From Gekko japonicus (Eukaryota): DNA of 64,000 nucleotides. Shown here piece by piece: positions 25,678 to 37,749 of this stretch. A program made the position numbers and the translations under genes. The notes beneath the pieces are model-generated. The model ran no database searches, was not told where the DNA came from, and worked only from the letters and a program-made list of their open reading frames with translations. The first letter of the stretch is position 1; each line of letters starts with the position of its first letter. The stretch spans positions 72,333 to 136,332 of the forward strand of contig NW_015160936.1 of the NCBI RefSeq assembly GCF_001447785.1. Direction: 5' to 3'.

Positions 25678-26586
25678 GTAAGGAAACTCTTGTGGGCAGT
25701 TGTGTGATTTGTAATGGCTGAACTGATTAGCCAGATCCCTCTACCGTAGACATGGCATGATGAGTTTAGTGCTTCTAGGCTCAAAGTAGTTGGATTTCGA
25801 CACTTAAACTTTTCTTGATTTGCTGATACAGCCTTCAGACACGAAGAATCTACCACTTTTTCTTGGTGCATTTTCCAGTTACCTGGGCATGTTTACATAG
25901 TATATTTTATCTCTGGCCTGGCAGCCCAATCCTAATCATGTTCACCAAGAAAAAAGTTTCAGAGTTCAATAGGACTTGCTTTCTGATAGGTATGCCTAGC
26001 ATTTCAACCTACATCCTATTCCCATGTCCACTGTGATCTCATATACTCAGAAGTATTGAACTTGTAGGAGATGATGAGCTTTATGCAGATAATCCCATAT
26101 TACAGATTCCCTACAGAGGATGAAATTACAATTTGAGGGAAATATTCAGGATTGCCCATGCTTGCTCCGTAAAGTGATATGAATCATAGCCACTTGCTTA
26201 TATTTCTTTCTATAGAAAGCACACTGAATTTACTGCCAGATTTGATCTGAGTTGGTAGATCTTTATGATTAGGACTGTTGCCAGTTAAAGGGATTATAAC
26301 TGATCATATGAACTTTAGTCAATTATATAGATTAAATCTACATAAATTGCATTGGAGGGGGGAAATATTTTTAGCTATACTGCTTGTGCCTACTGCAATG
26401 TGTAACCTTAGAGGCATCCCCCTCCCAACACAGGTAGAAATGCCTCTTACAATGAAATTTGCAATCTGCAGTTTTTATAAGTTCTTGTGTATTAAAGTGT
26501 TCTCCCAGTTGATTTTTTTTTTTACTATCAAGATGTTTTTAATGAATTGGGTGAACGAAGAAATAATTTTTTTCTTTCCCCTGCAG

Positions 26587-26838
26587 ACACCTGGCTTTCC
26601 TGTCCCACCCCATCCATATGGTGACTGCAATCATGGTATTCCTCAACAGGGGCCACCGCCACCCCAGCCAAGGCTTCAAGATTCAACATGGCGGGCTCCT
26701 GGCGTTTATGGGATGCAGCCTCCTTATGGTTGGTCTCCTGCATCAACAGGACATGGGAATCGATATGCTGCTGAATCCTCTTCACCTTGGCCTGCCAATG
26801 GAGCATCTGCTCCACATCCTCAAATTAACAGTGCAAAG
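26587..26838 (+). CDS. BAG4: BAG4 coding exon 4
   Basis: cctgcag|ACA...AAG|gtacct, 252 nt, TPGFPVPPHPYGDCN...ESSSPWPANG...SAK. Confidence 0.92.
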
Positions 26839-27893
26839 GTACCTTTTTAAGACATACAAAGAGATCACCTTTCCCTTGTGCTGCAGAGTTCAGTTTGCTT
26901 AGCCCTCCCCTTCACCGGATATACAGAATGTGCCTCTTTGCTTTGGCAAAGGATGAAGGTAGTGGTGGTACTATGCATTCTAACTTACCAGGTCACCTTG
27001 CCCTGGCTACTCTTAGTGATATTACTTGTTCAGTTGCTGCCTCAGCTTGGACCCTTGGGCAGGTAGTGTCAGACACTGCGTTCCAGCTCATCAGTGACAG
27101 GAAGGAAAGCTTCCTGTCCTTAAATTGCACCTTTTGCTTCTGATTTAAATGCCTAAGGGATGTGAGGGCTTCTGATTTAAATGGCTAAGGGATGTGAGCC
27201 TTGGCCTGTATCCCATGTCTGTGGGCTTAATCTTCTGGAAAGGACCAGAGTTCTACTTTCTGTTGGTGTTTGCAGGATGTGCATATCCAGTCTGTTGTAT
27301 TTCCTAGTGAATTTATGCTCCAGTTCTCTTCCCTTCAGAAAAAGGGTATAGTGTTTGGTACCACGTATATCTTGCACCTTTGCCGCTTGGTGCTCTTGTG
27401 GCTCCATAGGTATGATAGCGCAGATACTAATGCTCAAGGTTTCTGGTAAAACGTCAGTTCCCCTTCGTCCTATGGACAGTTGAGGTGGTCTGCATATAAT
27501 CTTGACACTCCTGTGCTGTTCTTCAGTTGCTAGAGCATGCATAAACCAGGAGAACTTAGTCTGCCAAGCTTCTGTCATTCTTGTTTTAGAACTGTTTATG
27601 GGTGGCAGAGTTCATAGGGAAGATCACCTGGGAGCCAGGTTACTGGGTGATAGCATATTGTGATGTCATTCTGACAGGTTCAGAGCTCATGTCTTGTGTC
27701 TAGTATCTTTCAGGGCCTGAACCTCTTATGTACTACCATCCTGACCATGCAGACCTTGCTCAAGAGCAGAGAAACAGGCTGGCAATATTGGCTGCCAGGG
27801 GATCTGCATGCACTTCACTTTTGATGCAAGATGTGGGGTGATGGAATTGGTGGAGCTAGCTACAATGTTAAGGGCTCTTGTTTCTCACTTTAG

Positions 27894-28397
27894 GACTCCT
27901 CTTACAACCAATTGGAGCAAGGAACTAACCAGCACAGCTACTTCCCTGAAGCCACTCATCTGCCTCCTGGGACCATGAATGATCACAAGCTGGCGCAGCA
28001 TGACACTAAGCCACATGCTTCCAACACCAAAGTGCAGTACAGTGCGCAGCCCCAGCTATATAATAATGTACAGAAAAAGTCGCCTGTGGCTGTTGACCAT
28101 GGATCAGGTTTCAAAACCAACGGGCAGCTTCCATCAGAACTATCAGATGTGCAGCCAGGAGTTCGAAAGGTTATAGGGGTTATGGAAGGGGTTGAACTGC
28201 TAGAGGAAGAGGTGGATGAATTTGTCGGAAAAAAAACGGACAAAGGCTACCGGCTACTAGAGGAAATGCTGACCAAGAAGCTGTTGGAGCTGGACTCCAT
28301 AGAGACAGGAGGTCAGGAGAGTGTACGCCAGGCAAGGAAAGAGGCTGTTCACAGAATCCAGGCCATACTGGAAGAACTGGAAAGAAAGGGGCTTTAA
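27894..28397 (+). CDS. BAG4: BAG4 last coding exon with the C-terminal BAG domain
   Basis: actttag|GAC TCC TCT (DSSY...) through to TAA. Ends EFVGKKTDKGYRLLEEMLTKKLLELDSIETGGQESVRQARKEAVHRIQAILEELERKGL, the typical BAG4 BAG domain. Confidence 0.97.
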   Translation, partial: DSSYNQLEQGTNQHSYFPEATHLPPGTMNDHKLAQHDTKPHASNTKVQYSAQPQLYNNVQKKSPVAVDHGSGFKTNGQLPSELSDVQPGVRKVIGVMEGVELLEEEVDEFVGKKTDKGYRLLEEMLTKKLLELDSIETGGQESVRQARKEAVHRIQAILEELERKGL

Positions 28398-29725
28398 GTT
28401 GGGGATAGCAGCAGTCCTAAGGCCTGGAGTTCTCAAAGAACTGTGTCTTTGTTCATTCCCCAGCTCTTTTGACATCAAAAGCAATAAGTGGTAACTTGAT
28501 TTTAAAATCACATGGTAAATTGACGAAGACTAAATTCTTAGCCTGATGATCCTGCAAATGAATATAGGGAAAGCAGCTGACCCTAATGACTGAAGACTAG
28601 CTAGTAGCTTCCCTAGTTATTAGCACGCTTTTGCTCCACAGGAGGATTATAATTCTTTAAGGGGCATTCTGAAGAAAGGCTGTGAGTCTCTGAAGACAGA
28701 GCTTTTGGAGCACCATTGACTTCTCAGAACGGCTGTTGTGTCAGACTCTGCAAGGTACAAAGACATTTCAGTTGCAACACAGCACCAGTAAAATCAAGAC
28801 AACGGTCTCCTTAAGCTGCTCCTTCTTGTATTATTTACAGGTTCCTCACTCTTATCATAGAAATTGTGTTGTGTTCTATATCGTTGGGAGTACATCCTGC
28901 TAAACTGAAGCCCTTTTGATGAGCCAGTCAATAGGGCAACCAAAGCCAGTATAGCTGTCCTGCTGTTTTACTGTACCGTGGAGGTATAATTATGATGCTT
29001 TTATAGGATAGGTGGAAGGAACCAAGGAAAAGATTTGACTGTTGCCTGTGCAAGACGCAGTGCTAGCAAGTGGGGTGAATGATTGTAAGAACTCTGTCCA
29101 CAAATGCCATTGGCCAAATGTGTTAGTGATATTTCATATGTTGCTTTACAAAAAAAAATCAGTTCTATCTGTGTAACTGGTGATTCTGTACAATGGCTGT
29201 CTGGAGGGGGACACGTAAGGCCACTACTGTAAATATCTTGTTTGTCCCAAAGTGGTCTTTGTTCCCTAAGGTGAGAAATAAACGTCCAAGTTTTTTAATG
29301 CAGAGTTTGCAAATGACAATATTGGAGTCAAACAATTAAAATGATATTGAGTGTGACCACACAAATGGCTTGGTATTCTGTCTTAAGTGACCTACTTTCT
29401 ATCTTGTGTAAGAGATAGAGGTGTGTGATAGACTTGATAAGAACAGCTGCTTCCTATGACCTGATGCTTAGGGCATCTTTGGCAAGAAGATCTGTGCCCC
29501 AACGGAATGACTTCCCTTTTATCTTCACACCTGTTATCAGAGACCAGTTGTATTGCCAGATTGTGACCACAGCACAAAGTGTTCTGTATTAGATTCCTTG
29601 CATTTTTGGGGGAGAGGGGTCATAACACTGGGTTAAGGTGCGTTAAACAATTAGCCTTCACAATATCTCATTCCTTGTTACTTCCATTTTTGTAGGTGTT
29701 TACCGTTGGGTTGCTTACAAACTTA

Positions 29726-29731
29726 AATAAA
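29726..29731 (+). terminator. Candidate BAG4 polyadenylation signal (a second AATAAA is at 29277-29282)
   Basis: AATAAA followed by a GT/T-rich tract, about 1.3 kb after the BAG4 stop codon. Repeat-poor sequence ends here. Confidence 0.45.
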
Positions 29732-29819
29732 GTTTTGACTTCTGTGTGAGTCAGATGCATGGATGTTGAAACTAGGACTGCTGATTTGTAAATTAGGGAG
29801 CCAGTGTGGTGAATAAACT

Positions 29820-29968
29820 AGACTGGAATCCAGTAGCACCTTAGAGATCAACAAGATTTTTGGGGTATAAGTTATCAAAAATCAGAAGAGACCCTCAAAA
29901 GCTTATACCCAGAAAATCTTTTTGGTGTCTAAGGTGATATGGACTCAAATCATGCTGTTCTGCTGCAC
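29820..29968. mobile_element. Penelope-like terminal-repeat fragments (inverted pair)
   Basis: Head-to-head degenerate copies of the 30482-30603 motif (TCCAGTAGCACCTTAGAGA..CAACAAG / AAAGCTTATACCC...TGGACTC). Confidence 0.5.
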
Positions 29969-30481
29969 ACCAATAGGGCTGCCTTCTGAAACTATCTTCA
30001 TTTGTTGGATAGTTCAAGTCCTGGCTCATTCACGAAATGTTACCTTGAGCGAATCATTCTTTCTTAGCCAAACCTACCTTAAACAGGAAGCTATGAGTGC
30101 TAGGACTAGACCTATGGTATTGCATTGAGTGCCCTGGAGGAAGCACAGTATTAACTCTTGTGAGCATGCTCAGGAGATCAGTACTGTAGGCTCTGTTTTG
30201 TACTTATGAACAGAATAGTCACAATAGAACCGAATCAGTGAGATGAGTAACAGAAGTTCTGAAAGACTGGGCACGGAAAAACAAAGCTTAAAAGATGCTT
30301 GGGATTCTTAAGCTTCTTCTTTTGTGTGCACTCTCTCACTTTTTTTTGCAGTAACAGAAGTTCTGAAAGACTGGGCACTTGGAAAAACAAAGCTTAAAAG
30401 ACGCTTGGGATTCTTAAGCTGCTGCTTTTGCGTGCACTCTCTCACTTTTTTCCCCCACCAAGTCTTTCAGAACTTTGATTC

Positions 30482-30603
30482 AGGTGGGTAGGCGTGTTGG
30501 TCTGAAGCAACAGAACAGAGTTAGAGTCCAGTGGTGCTTTTAAGACCAACAAAGTTTAATTCTGGGCATAAGCTTTCATGTGCATGCACACTTCTTCAGA
30601 TAC
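30482..30603 (-). mobile_element. Penelope-like element terminal repeat with a hammerhead-like motif
   Basis: Reverse complement begins GTATCTGAAGAAGTGTGCATGCACATGAAAGCTTATGC...TTGTTGGTCTTAAAAGCACCACTGGACTC. Related copies at 40909-41030 and about 7762. Confidence 0.6.
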
Positions 30604-31999
30604 ATTGAAACGAGACTTCCTCAACCATGGCATATGGGGAGGTAGTTGCCTACCTGAGATGCTATATACTTGCGTGTAATAAGCCACAGGGAGCACTCTG
30701 TTTTTGCTTTTTCCTACAACAGAGTTCAGAGCTTGCTTGTGTATATCACTGGGACAGATTCTGGAATCAGGAAGTAAGAATACTAAAAAACACAGGTCTA
30801 CAAAAATTGTCTGAATGTAATCAGTAGGAGAGAATACATTCTGCCCCTTGTCCCCTTATATTCCATGCTAATTTCCGAACCAGTAAGTCCTTAGTCTAAT
30901 TTGCAGGTTGTAACGATGTTTGGTTTGAGGTACTTAGCTTTTCTTGCCTCCAGACTGGGCATTCTAGGGAAGGAGGGAGGGCATGGATGAGGGTTTCAGT
31001 GTTCTCACAAATCGCTAGTGATGTCTGGATGCAGCACCATAAGGATTTGTGGTGCTAGAAGGGTTATGTCTTGAAAGCAAGTATTCTGTCGGTATTTGTG
31101 AAAGGGATCTCAATATTCTTTATGGAATAAAGACAGTCTTGGTTTTAAATAAGCAGAAAATACATTCAGGATCATTTATTTGGCTGTAGTGCATATTAAG
31201 AAAGAAGCAGTAAACATTGCTCTTGCCTGATAGTTCCTGTTCAGTAAGCCTTCTGTGTTGGTTGTGTCAGCTTATATAACAACCCATCTCTGAGATTTTC
31301 CTGGGGGATTACTGTATTTTGAAAAGCAAGCGTTGGAACAGCTGCTACGTAAAACTAAGAGGCATCAGTCAGTTACTAGTCAGAAAAAAATATCTGTTGC
31401 AATAGAATGTAGGACTCTCTTTTGGATGTAAAATCCTAATTTCAAACCTGCCAAAAGCCATTTCATTCCATTAACCAGAACCAGAAGGGTACCTTGAACT
31501 AAAGATGGAAGTAGAAGGAAAATGTTTTGTTATACACCCTAATAACAATGTAATACTATTAGTTGAAATAGATGGGGGTCAGGAGAAACAGCTGTATTGT
31601 AACTGTATGGCTACAGTGGGCTGCATTCAGTCAGTGGACTCCATGCTACTTCATTGTCTTTAAAAATCTAGAAAATCCCCCTCTTCATGAGGAGATAATC
31701 TTCTCATCCTTGTTGGAAACCTTCTGTTCACAAGTAGTTATGCAACCAGATCAAAATCTGCCAAAAGACAGCATATTAACCAGGCACCAGAATCACTAGC
31801 TGCTTATTATCTAAGTGTTCTGGTTGGGAGCTAGAAACTTATGAAATACGATTCCTGTGACGGAACCAATCATATTATTAGTAGCTGTTAATCATCCCTA
31901 TAGTTGTGTTTATCTGTTTAGTTTACAGCCCACTTTTCTCACTGGGCTTCAAGGCAGATATTTGCAAGTTTGATAATAGTAAACGGGCTGGTATGATAT

Positions 32000-32214
32000 G
32001 GGAAGAACCGTGTCTCCGTTTAAGAGCATCTGCTTGGCATGCAGAAGGTCCTAGGTTCAATCCCCAGCATCTTGAGTTGAAAGGACCAGGCAGGAGATGA
32101 TGTGAAGGCCCTCAGTCTAAGACCCTGAAGAGCCGCTGCCAGTTTGAGTAGACAATACTGACCTAGATGGACCGATGGTCTGATTCAGTATAAGGCAGCT
32201 TCATGTGTTTGTGT
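32000..32214 (+). mobile_element. Squam2-like SINE
   Basis: GGTTCAATCCC B-box; same body and tail as 18731-18944. Confidence 0.75.
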
Positions 32215-33297
32215 GATAACAAAAGTAGCTGAAGAAGGCTCCCTTGAAAAACAAAATTTTCTAAATTATCCCCCCAATCCTACAACACTGGTCAGGTGAA
32301 GACTGGATATGTTCCAGGAGGGACTATGTCGAGACTGCTGAGTGTTGGTTAAACGGGGGGAGGGACTCAGCTTGAAACACCTGCAAACTTATAGACTGCT
32401 TGAAGGATGGCATCTCCATGCTATCTCCCCCTCAATTCATTGTAGGCCCCTAAAGTTGTATATGCTGAATGAAAATTATGTTCAGTGGTAGTGTTTCCCT
32501 GCACTAACCTGAGCTTCCCACCCCTGGCTGGCTTTTTCAGGCTTTTTAAAATTGGCTACTGAATGTTGCAACAATAGCTCCTCTGAATTCCCAGCTCTCA
32601 TTTTTAAAAGCATGTAGCCCCTTTCCTCGTGGAGCTGGACGGGGCTAACAATTTACTTAACAAGGAAATCTGGGGATTCAGAGGTACTTGTGGATCATTA
32701 TACTGCTATAGTGAGATGTCAGTTTGCTGGTCTTAAAACCTGAAACAGCCCTCTGGGTGCAGGGGAGAGAGCAGCTATGCCAGGTGGGGCGGGGCTGAGG
32801 AAGGAAAATAATGTGGGTGCGGGCGGACCCTCCCATCCCCATGACATACAAACATACTGACTGAGATCATTCCAAAAAGATGGTACCAAATCAGGTTAGG
32901 GAAAAAAAAGAACACAGCGAAGCAGAGGAAAATGTGGTAAGTATATGATCAGGAGATGACATGGTGTGGATGTCCCCTCCCCCTCAAAAAAAGCCCACTC
33001 TGGTTTGTGTGCCAAACTGGAGCAAACACTCCATGTGGTAGCCACCCAACATGGCTACCCCACTGAAAGAGATACTCCCTGGCTACTGAAGGAGAGTGAC
33101 AGATTGTGGAGGGTGATACCCTGGATTCCTCAGATGCATCTAGACAGACTGGACATCATAATCTGGCACCAGGAATCCTTGGTTCCTAAATGAAGTACTG
33201 GTTGCACACTGTTCAGTTTGCTATAACAGCCAAGTTACAAATGTCAAAATATTCCTTGGAGCCAAAGATGTGCTTGGGGAGAGCAGCATACCTTTTT

Positions 33298-34611
33298 TTT
33301 TTTTTGAAACCCCCAAGAGGGTAATTTTATTGGTTTTTCAATAAACTACATAACTACAACAGAAAATATAGGAAGGGAGACTACAACTAGGGAAAAAGAA
33401 AAGATACCCACACTAACTTAAAAACCCAAGAATAGGAGATCCTTTCCATGTTAAACTACATGTTAGTAAATACGTGTTAGTATAACAATATACTTGTGAG
33501 TTATTTTTAACTACTGCTTCAATGTTAGTAATTTTAATATTTTGAGAACACTTCTTGAGCATCTTCTTTTTCATAGGGCTATTTTCAGAGTCCTTCTGCC
33601 CTTACTTCTGTCTTCTTTCTCTGAAACCATACACCGTTTTGCTTGCTCCCGCACCCGCTTCCTCCCCAGAGTCCTCCCCCGTTCCAGAGGTAGCAGAGTC
33701 ACTCGATTTTGTTTCTTCATCTTTGAGTTCTGCTTCTGGCCCCAGCTGTCGTCTCAAAAATTCCTTTGCTTTAAAGATGGAGTCAATCTTCTCTCTTTTA
33801 TCATTAATTTTAAAGATGACACCTTCAGGGATCACCCAGCGATATTGTATTCAATTTGTCTGAAGAAATGAGATTAATTCTTTGTAGCTTTTCCTCTTTT
33901 GACGGATTTCAAATGGGATGTCTCTTAGAGTCTTAATATTTGTATTCCCAAATTTCAGTGGATTTGCTGAAGTTGCCTTTAATACACCAGTTTGGTGTAG
34001 TGGTTAAGTGCGCGGACTCTAATCTGGGAGAACCGGGTTTGATTCCCCACTTCGCCACATGCACCTGCTGATGTGACCTTGGGTCAGTCACAAGCTCTGG
34101 CACAGCTGTCCTNNNNNNNNNNNNNNNNNNNNNNNNNNNNNNNNNNNNNNNNNNNNNNNNNNNNNNNNNNNNNNNNNNNNNNNNNNNNNNNNNNNNNNNN
34201 NNNNNNNNNNNNNNNNNNNNNNNNNNNNNNNNNNNNNNNNNNNNNNNNNNNNNNNNNNNNNNNTTACAAAAACAGTCCATTTATCTCTCACTCACGTTCA
34301 TTGTTGGTCACTTCTGACCTCGCTCTCTTCCATCGCTATTCCGCTTGATCTCCTGCGCTTGTCCCGGTCAATATGGCTTACACCCATAGGGCACCCATCG
34401 GCTGGACCATCAGGGCAGAGGGAAGCCTCTATTCCACGGCTTCAAGCTGTCGAAGAGGCTAACCCTCAAAAGCCTTCTGGCTTGGAACCCACTGCAAGGG
34501 TTCCGTGGGAGTGCCACTTGAGGTGGCACCCCTCCAAGCCGAAGGTGTGCTAGTCGCCTCCTCGAGCTTCGTGGAGAGTGACCACCATCGCCGATCCACC
34601 CACCGGAAGCC
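33298..34611 (-). mobile_element. ORF1-only L1 derivative (half-L1 / HAL1-like), TSD-flanked
   Basis: 16-bp TSD AGCAGCATACCTTTTT (33282-33297 / 34612-34627). GC-rich 5' end. ORF1 C-terminal remnant TLRDIPFEIRQKRK..RWVIPEGV. Short 3' UTR, AATAAA at 33331-33326, then a poly(A) tail. Confidence 0.75.
33987..34112 (+). mobile_element. tRNA-derived SINE (Squam3-like) inserted in the ORF1 remnant; runs into gap 34113-34263
   Basis: CCAGTTTGGTGTAGTGGTTAAG A-box and GGTTTGATTCCC B-box. CpGs are retained, suggesting a young copy. Confidence 0.8.
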
Positions 34612-34892
34612 AGCAGCATACCTTTTTCATTGCATCATGCTGTTGTCTGATAGCAAGCACAGCAGTTTTTGTCCCCCCGCCCCCCAGTGCAATGCAAGAT
34701 CCACAAATGTTCTTCCTACCTCATTGTTCTGAAACTTACATCCACCCACCCTATAATGCATAACCACAATTAATCCTTTTAAAGTTCATTATTTTTTAGA
34801 ATCGTTACTATGGCCTCTCCCTCAGGTTCCATTAAAAGCTAAATACATGTTCAGAAATTAAGCAAAGATTCTTTTTCGGGGGGGTGGATCAT

Positions 34893-35378
34893 CATGTCAC
34901 AGCTGACTTATGGTGACCCTGCAGGTTTTTCAAAGCATAAGAACATAAGAACATAAGAGACGCCAATGTTGGATCAGGCCAAAGGCCCATCCAGTCCAAC
35001 ACTCTGTGTCACACAGTGGCCAGAAATACCAGTGCCATCAGGAGGTCCAGCAGTGGGGCCAGGACATTAGAAGCCCTCCCACTGTTGACCCCCTCCCAAG
35101 CACCAAGAAGACAGAGCATCACTTGCCCCAGAGCCCCTAGCTATACCTTGTGGCTAATAGCCACTGATGGACCTCTGCTCCATATGCTTATCTAATTCCC
35201 TCTTGAAGCCGTCCATGCTTGTAGCACCCACCACTTCCTGTGTGCGAGAGACATTCAGAGATGAATTGCCATTGCCTGCCTCTGTGTTGAGCCCTGGTAT
35301 TCCTTGATGATCTCCCATCCAAATACTGACCAGGGACAACTCTGCTCAGCTTCTGATGAGATTGGGCTAGCCTGGGCG
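34893..35378 (-). mobile_element. 5S-derived SINE interrupted by a CR1 fragment
   Basis: 5S-like head at 35290-35378 (TCTCCCATCCAAATACTGACCAGG). Tail GTCACAGCTGACTTATGGTGACCC at about 34896. Confidence 0.65.
34936..35240 (-). mobile_element. CR1 LINE 3' fragment
   Basis: (CATAAGAA)n tail. Reverse strand encodes QEVVGATSMDGFKRELDKHMEQRSISGY*, the CR1 RT C-terminus. Confidence 0.8.
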
Positions 35379-35782
35379 CACAAAGATTCTAGGGATGAAG
35401 AAAACATCTCTGTTGGAATGCTGCATCTTTTTATACTTGCATAACGTTTGAACTGTAGACTTGCAGCTGCTTAGAATGGCCTTGTTTCATAATAGCTGAC
35501 TGTGTTTATAATTAGGGTAAGAATGAGCTAAAAAGGCAGTAGGAATGCCAAAAGCGGAATTGCAATTGATTCTCTTTGGAACCTCTGTATGGGACTTGTT
35601 ACATCTAAGCACTGACTGGTACCTTTATGCAATGGTACCCTGAGGCAACACTAAAAGACAGTGTATTGAAAGAATTCATGCATTGTCTGCTGGTCTTGCC
35701 AAACCTTGTAAATGAGGCTTTTACTTAATCAGGACCACCAGTATTTGCTCTACAATACGTTAATTGCATTTGCTGAATTTCT

Positions 35783-37114
35783 GGCAAGCAAAGACATGAA
35801 ACGTTTTGCTTTGCATCTTCAGACTCCACGTTGCAAAATATACTGCTGCCAAAAAAAAAAAAAATTTTGTTCTTGAAGAAACTTTGGCTGACCTAGATGT
35901 AAGACACACAAGCACAAGTAATTTCTTGTAATTGGCAGCCCTTGCACTGCTGCTAACATGCCTGGATAAAGAGTGGAGTCGCCAAATCACTCAACTCATT
36001 GAAGTTATTTTGCAAACAACTGGTAAGGATGCTTTCAAAAGCTGTTCAATGGGGATTCTGAACCCTGTGTGTATGGGGTTCTTTCACAAATCTGAGTCCT
36101 ACGTACCTCTTCAGATGGGATGACTGCTGAAGTCACTACATGATGGAAGAAAAGTGGTCATGTGGCAATAAAAAAAACCCCTCCTGTAATGTGTGTTTGG
36201 CTTTGATCTGCAGTGAGTAGAACACTCATATTAACTAATACAGATCCTTTAATACATTGATCTGTCAGGGTGGCTATAGAATTTTGTTTTCTTAAAGAGG
36301 AATTATGTAGAACAAAAACCTGGGAAAATGGTATTTGCTGTGAGTGATACAGTGCTCTAATCACAAATGAAAATAATTGAATTCAGAAGATAGACTTCTG
36401 TTCAGTATGCTTCCTAAACTTATTTCCAAATTTTGTATTATAATTAAGGCAAGCAAAGACATGAAACGTTTTGCTTCGCATCTTCAGACTCCACGTTGCA
36501 AAATAGACTGCTGCCAAAAAATATATATTTTTGTTGTTGTTGAAGAAACCTTGGCTGACCTAGATGTAAGACACACAAGCACAAGTAATTTCTTGTAATT
36601 GGCAGCCCTTGCACTGCTGCTAACATGCCTGGATAAAGAGTGGAGTCGCCAAATCACTCAACTCATTGAAGTTATTTTGCAAACAACTGGTAAGGATGCT
36701 TTCAAAAGCTGTTCAATGGGGATTCTGAACCCTGTGTGTATGGGGTTCTTTCACAAATCTGAGTCCTACGTACCTCTTCAGATGGGATGACTGCTGAAGT
36801 TACTACATGATGGAAGAAAAGTGGTCATGTGGCAATAAAAAAAACCCCTCCTGTAATGTGTGTTTGGCTTTGATCTGCAGTGAGTAGAACACTCATATTA
36901 ACTAATACAGATCCTTTAATACATTGATCTGTCAGGGTGGCTATAGAATTCTGTTTTCTTAAAGAGGAATTATGTAGAACAAAAACCTGGGAAAATGGTA
37001 TTTGCTGTGAGTGATACAGTGCTCTAATCACAAATGAAAATAATTGAATTCAGAAGATAGACTTCTGTTCAGTACGCTTCCTAAACTTATTTCCAAATTT
37101 TGTATTATAATTAA
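35783..37114. repeat. Tandem duplication, about 666-bp unit x2
   Basis: 35783-36447 vs 36448-37114, near-identical. The ORF track gives identical ORFs 667 bp apart. Confidence 0.95.
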
Positions 37115-37379
37115 AGGATTACTATTGTTTTGGCTTATCTCTTTTTTTTTTGGTAAGTGTTCTGTCAGACCTGAATAGGCCTACCAAATGCAGAGATGCT
37201 TGATGAGTTATAGTTTTCCTCTTGCTTTGTTTTTTGGGGGTTGTGGGTTTGTGAAATCTTAGTCTCTGGCAGATGAATAAGTGTTTGTAACCATCCTAGT
37301 GTAAAAAGCTATAAAGTCAGTCATACAGCCAGGGCATACAATACCTACTTTTATTCCTTTCCTTTCATTTATTAGCTTC

Positions 37380-37744
37380 GGCCCCGGTCACACGGACCGG
37401 ATATCGTGGGGGGGAGACGTGGCTAATTGCCCCAGCACAGTTTGATCCGCGATTATGCGATCAGACGTGCCGGTGGCAGACCACGGGTCCTTCCCTCGGC
37501 GCCGGCGGGTAAACGAGGGACCGGAGGGGAATGCCGTGCGCCGGCGCAATCACACCATGGGAGTCTGGAGGCAGCCCGTGACAAACGTTTACTAGTACCT
37601 TGGAGGTACTAGTTTTTTAACTCGCATTGTCGGCGGTAAGCCACGGGTGCGCTCCACTTCCCAGATGTTGGGGTGTGATCGCGCCCGGATAATCCGCCCA
37701 CCATCCGTGCCTCTCCCGCGGCACTTTGCCGTGTGACCGGGGCC
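37380..37744. mobile_element. PIF/Harbinger-type MITE, CpG-rich
   Basis: Perfect 16-bp TIR GGCCCCGGTCACACGG / CCGTGTGACCGGGGCC. 3-bp TSD TTC. Central palindrome ACTAGTACCT-TGG-AGGTACTAGT. Confidence 0.8.
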
Positions 37745-37749
37745 TTCAT

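Noticed and set aside
33987-34060. tRNA gene call
   Set aside because: A and B boxes are present, but it continues into a SINE body and has no complete cloverleaf or acceptor stem.
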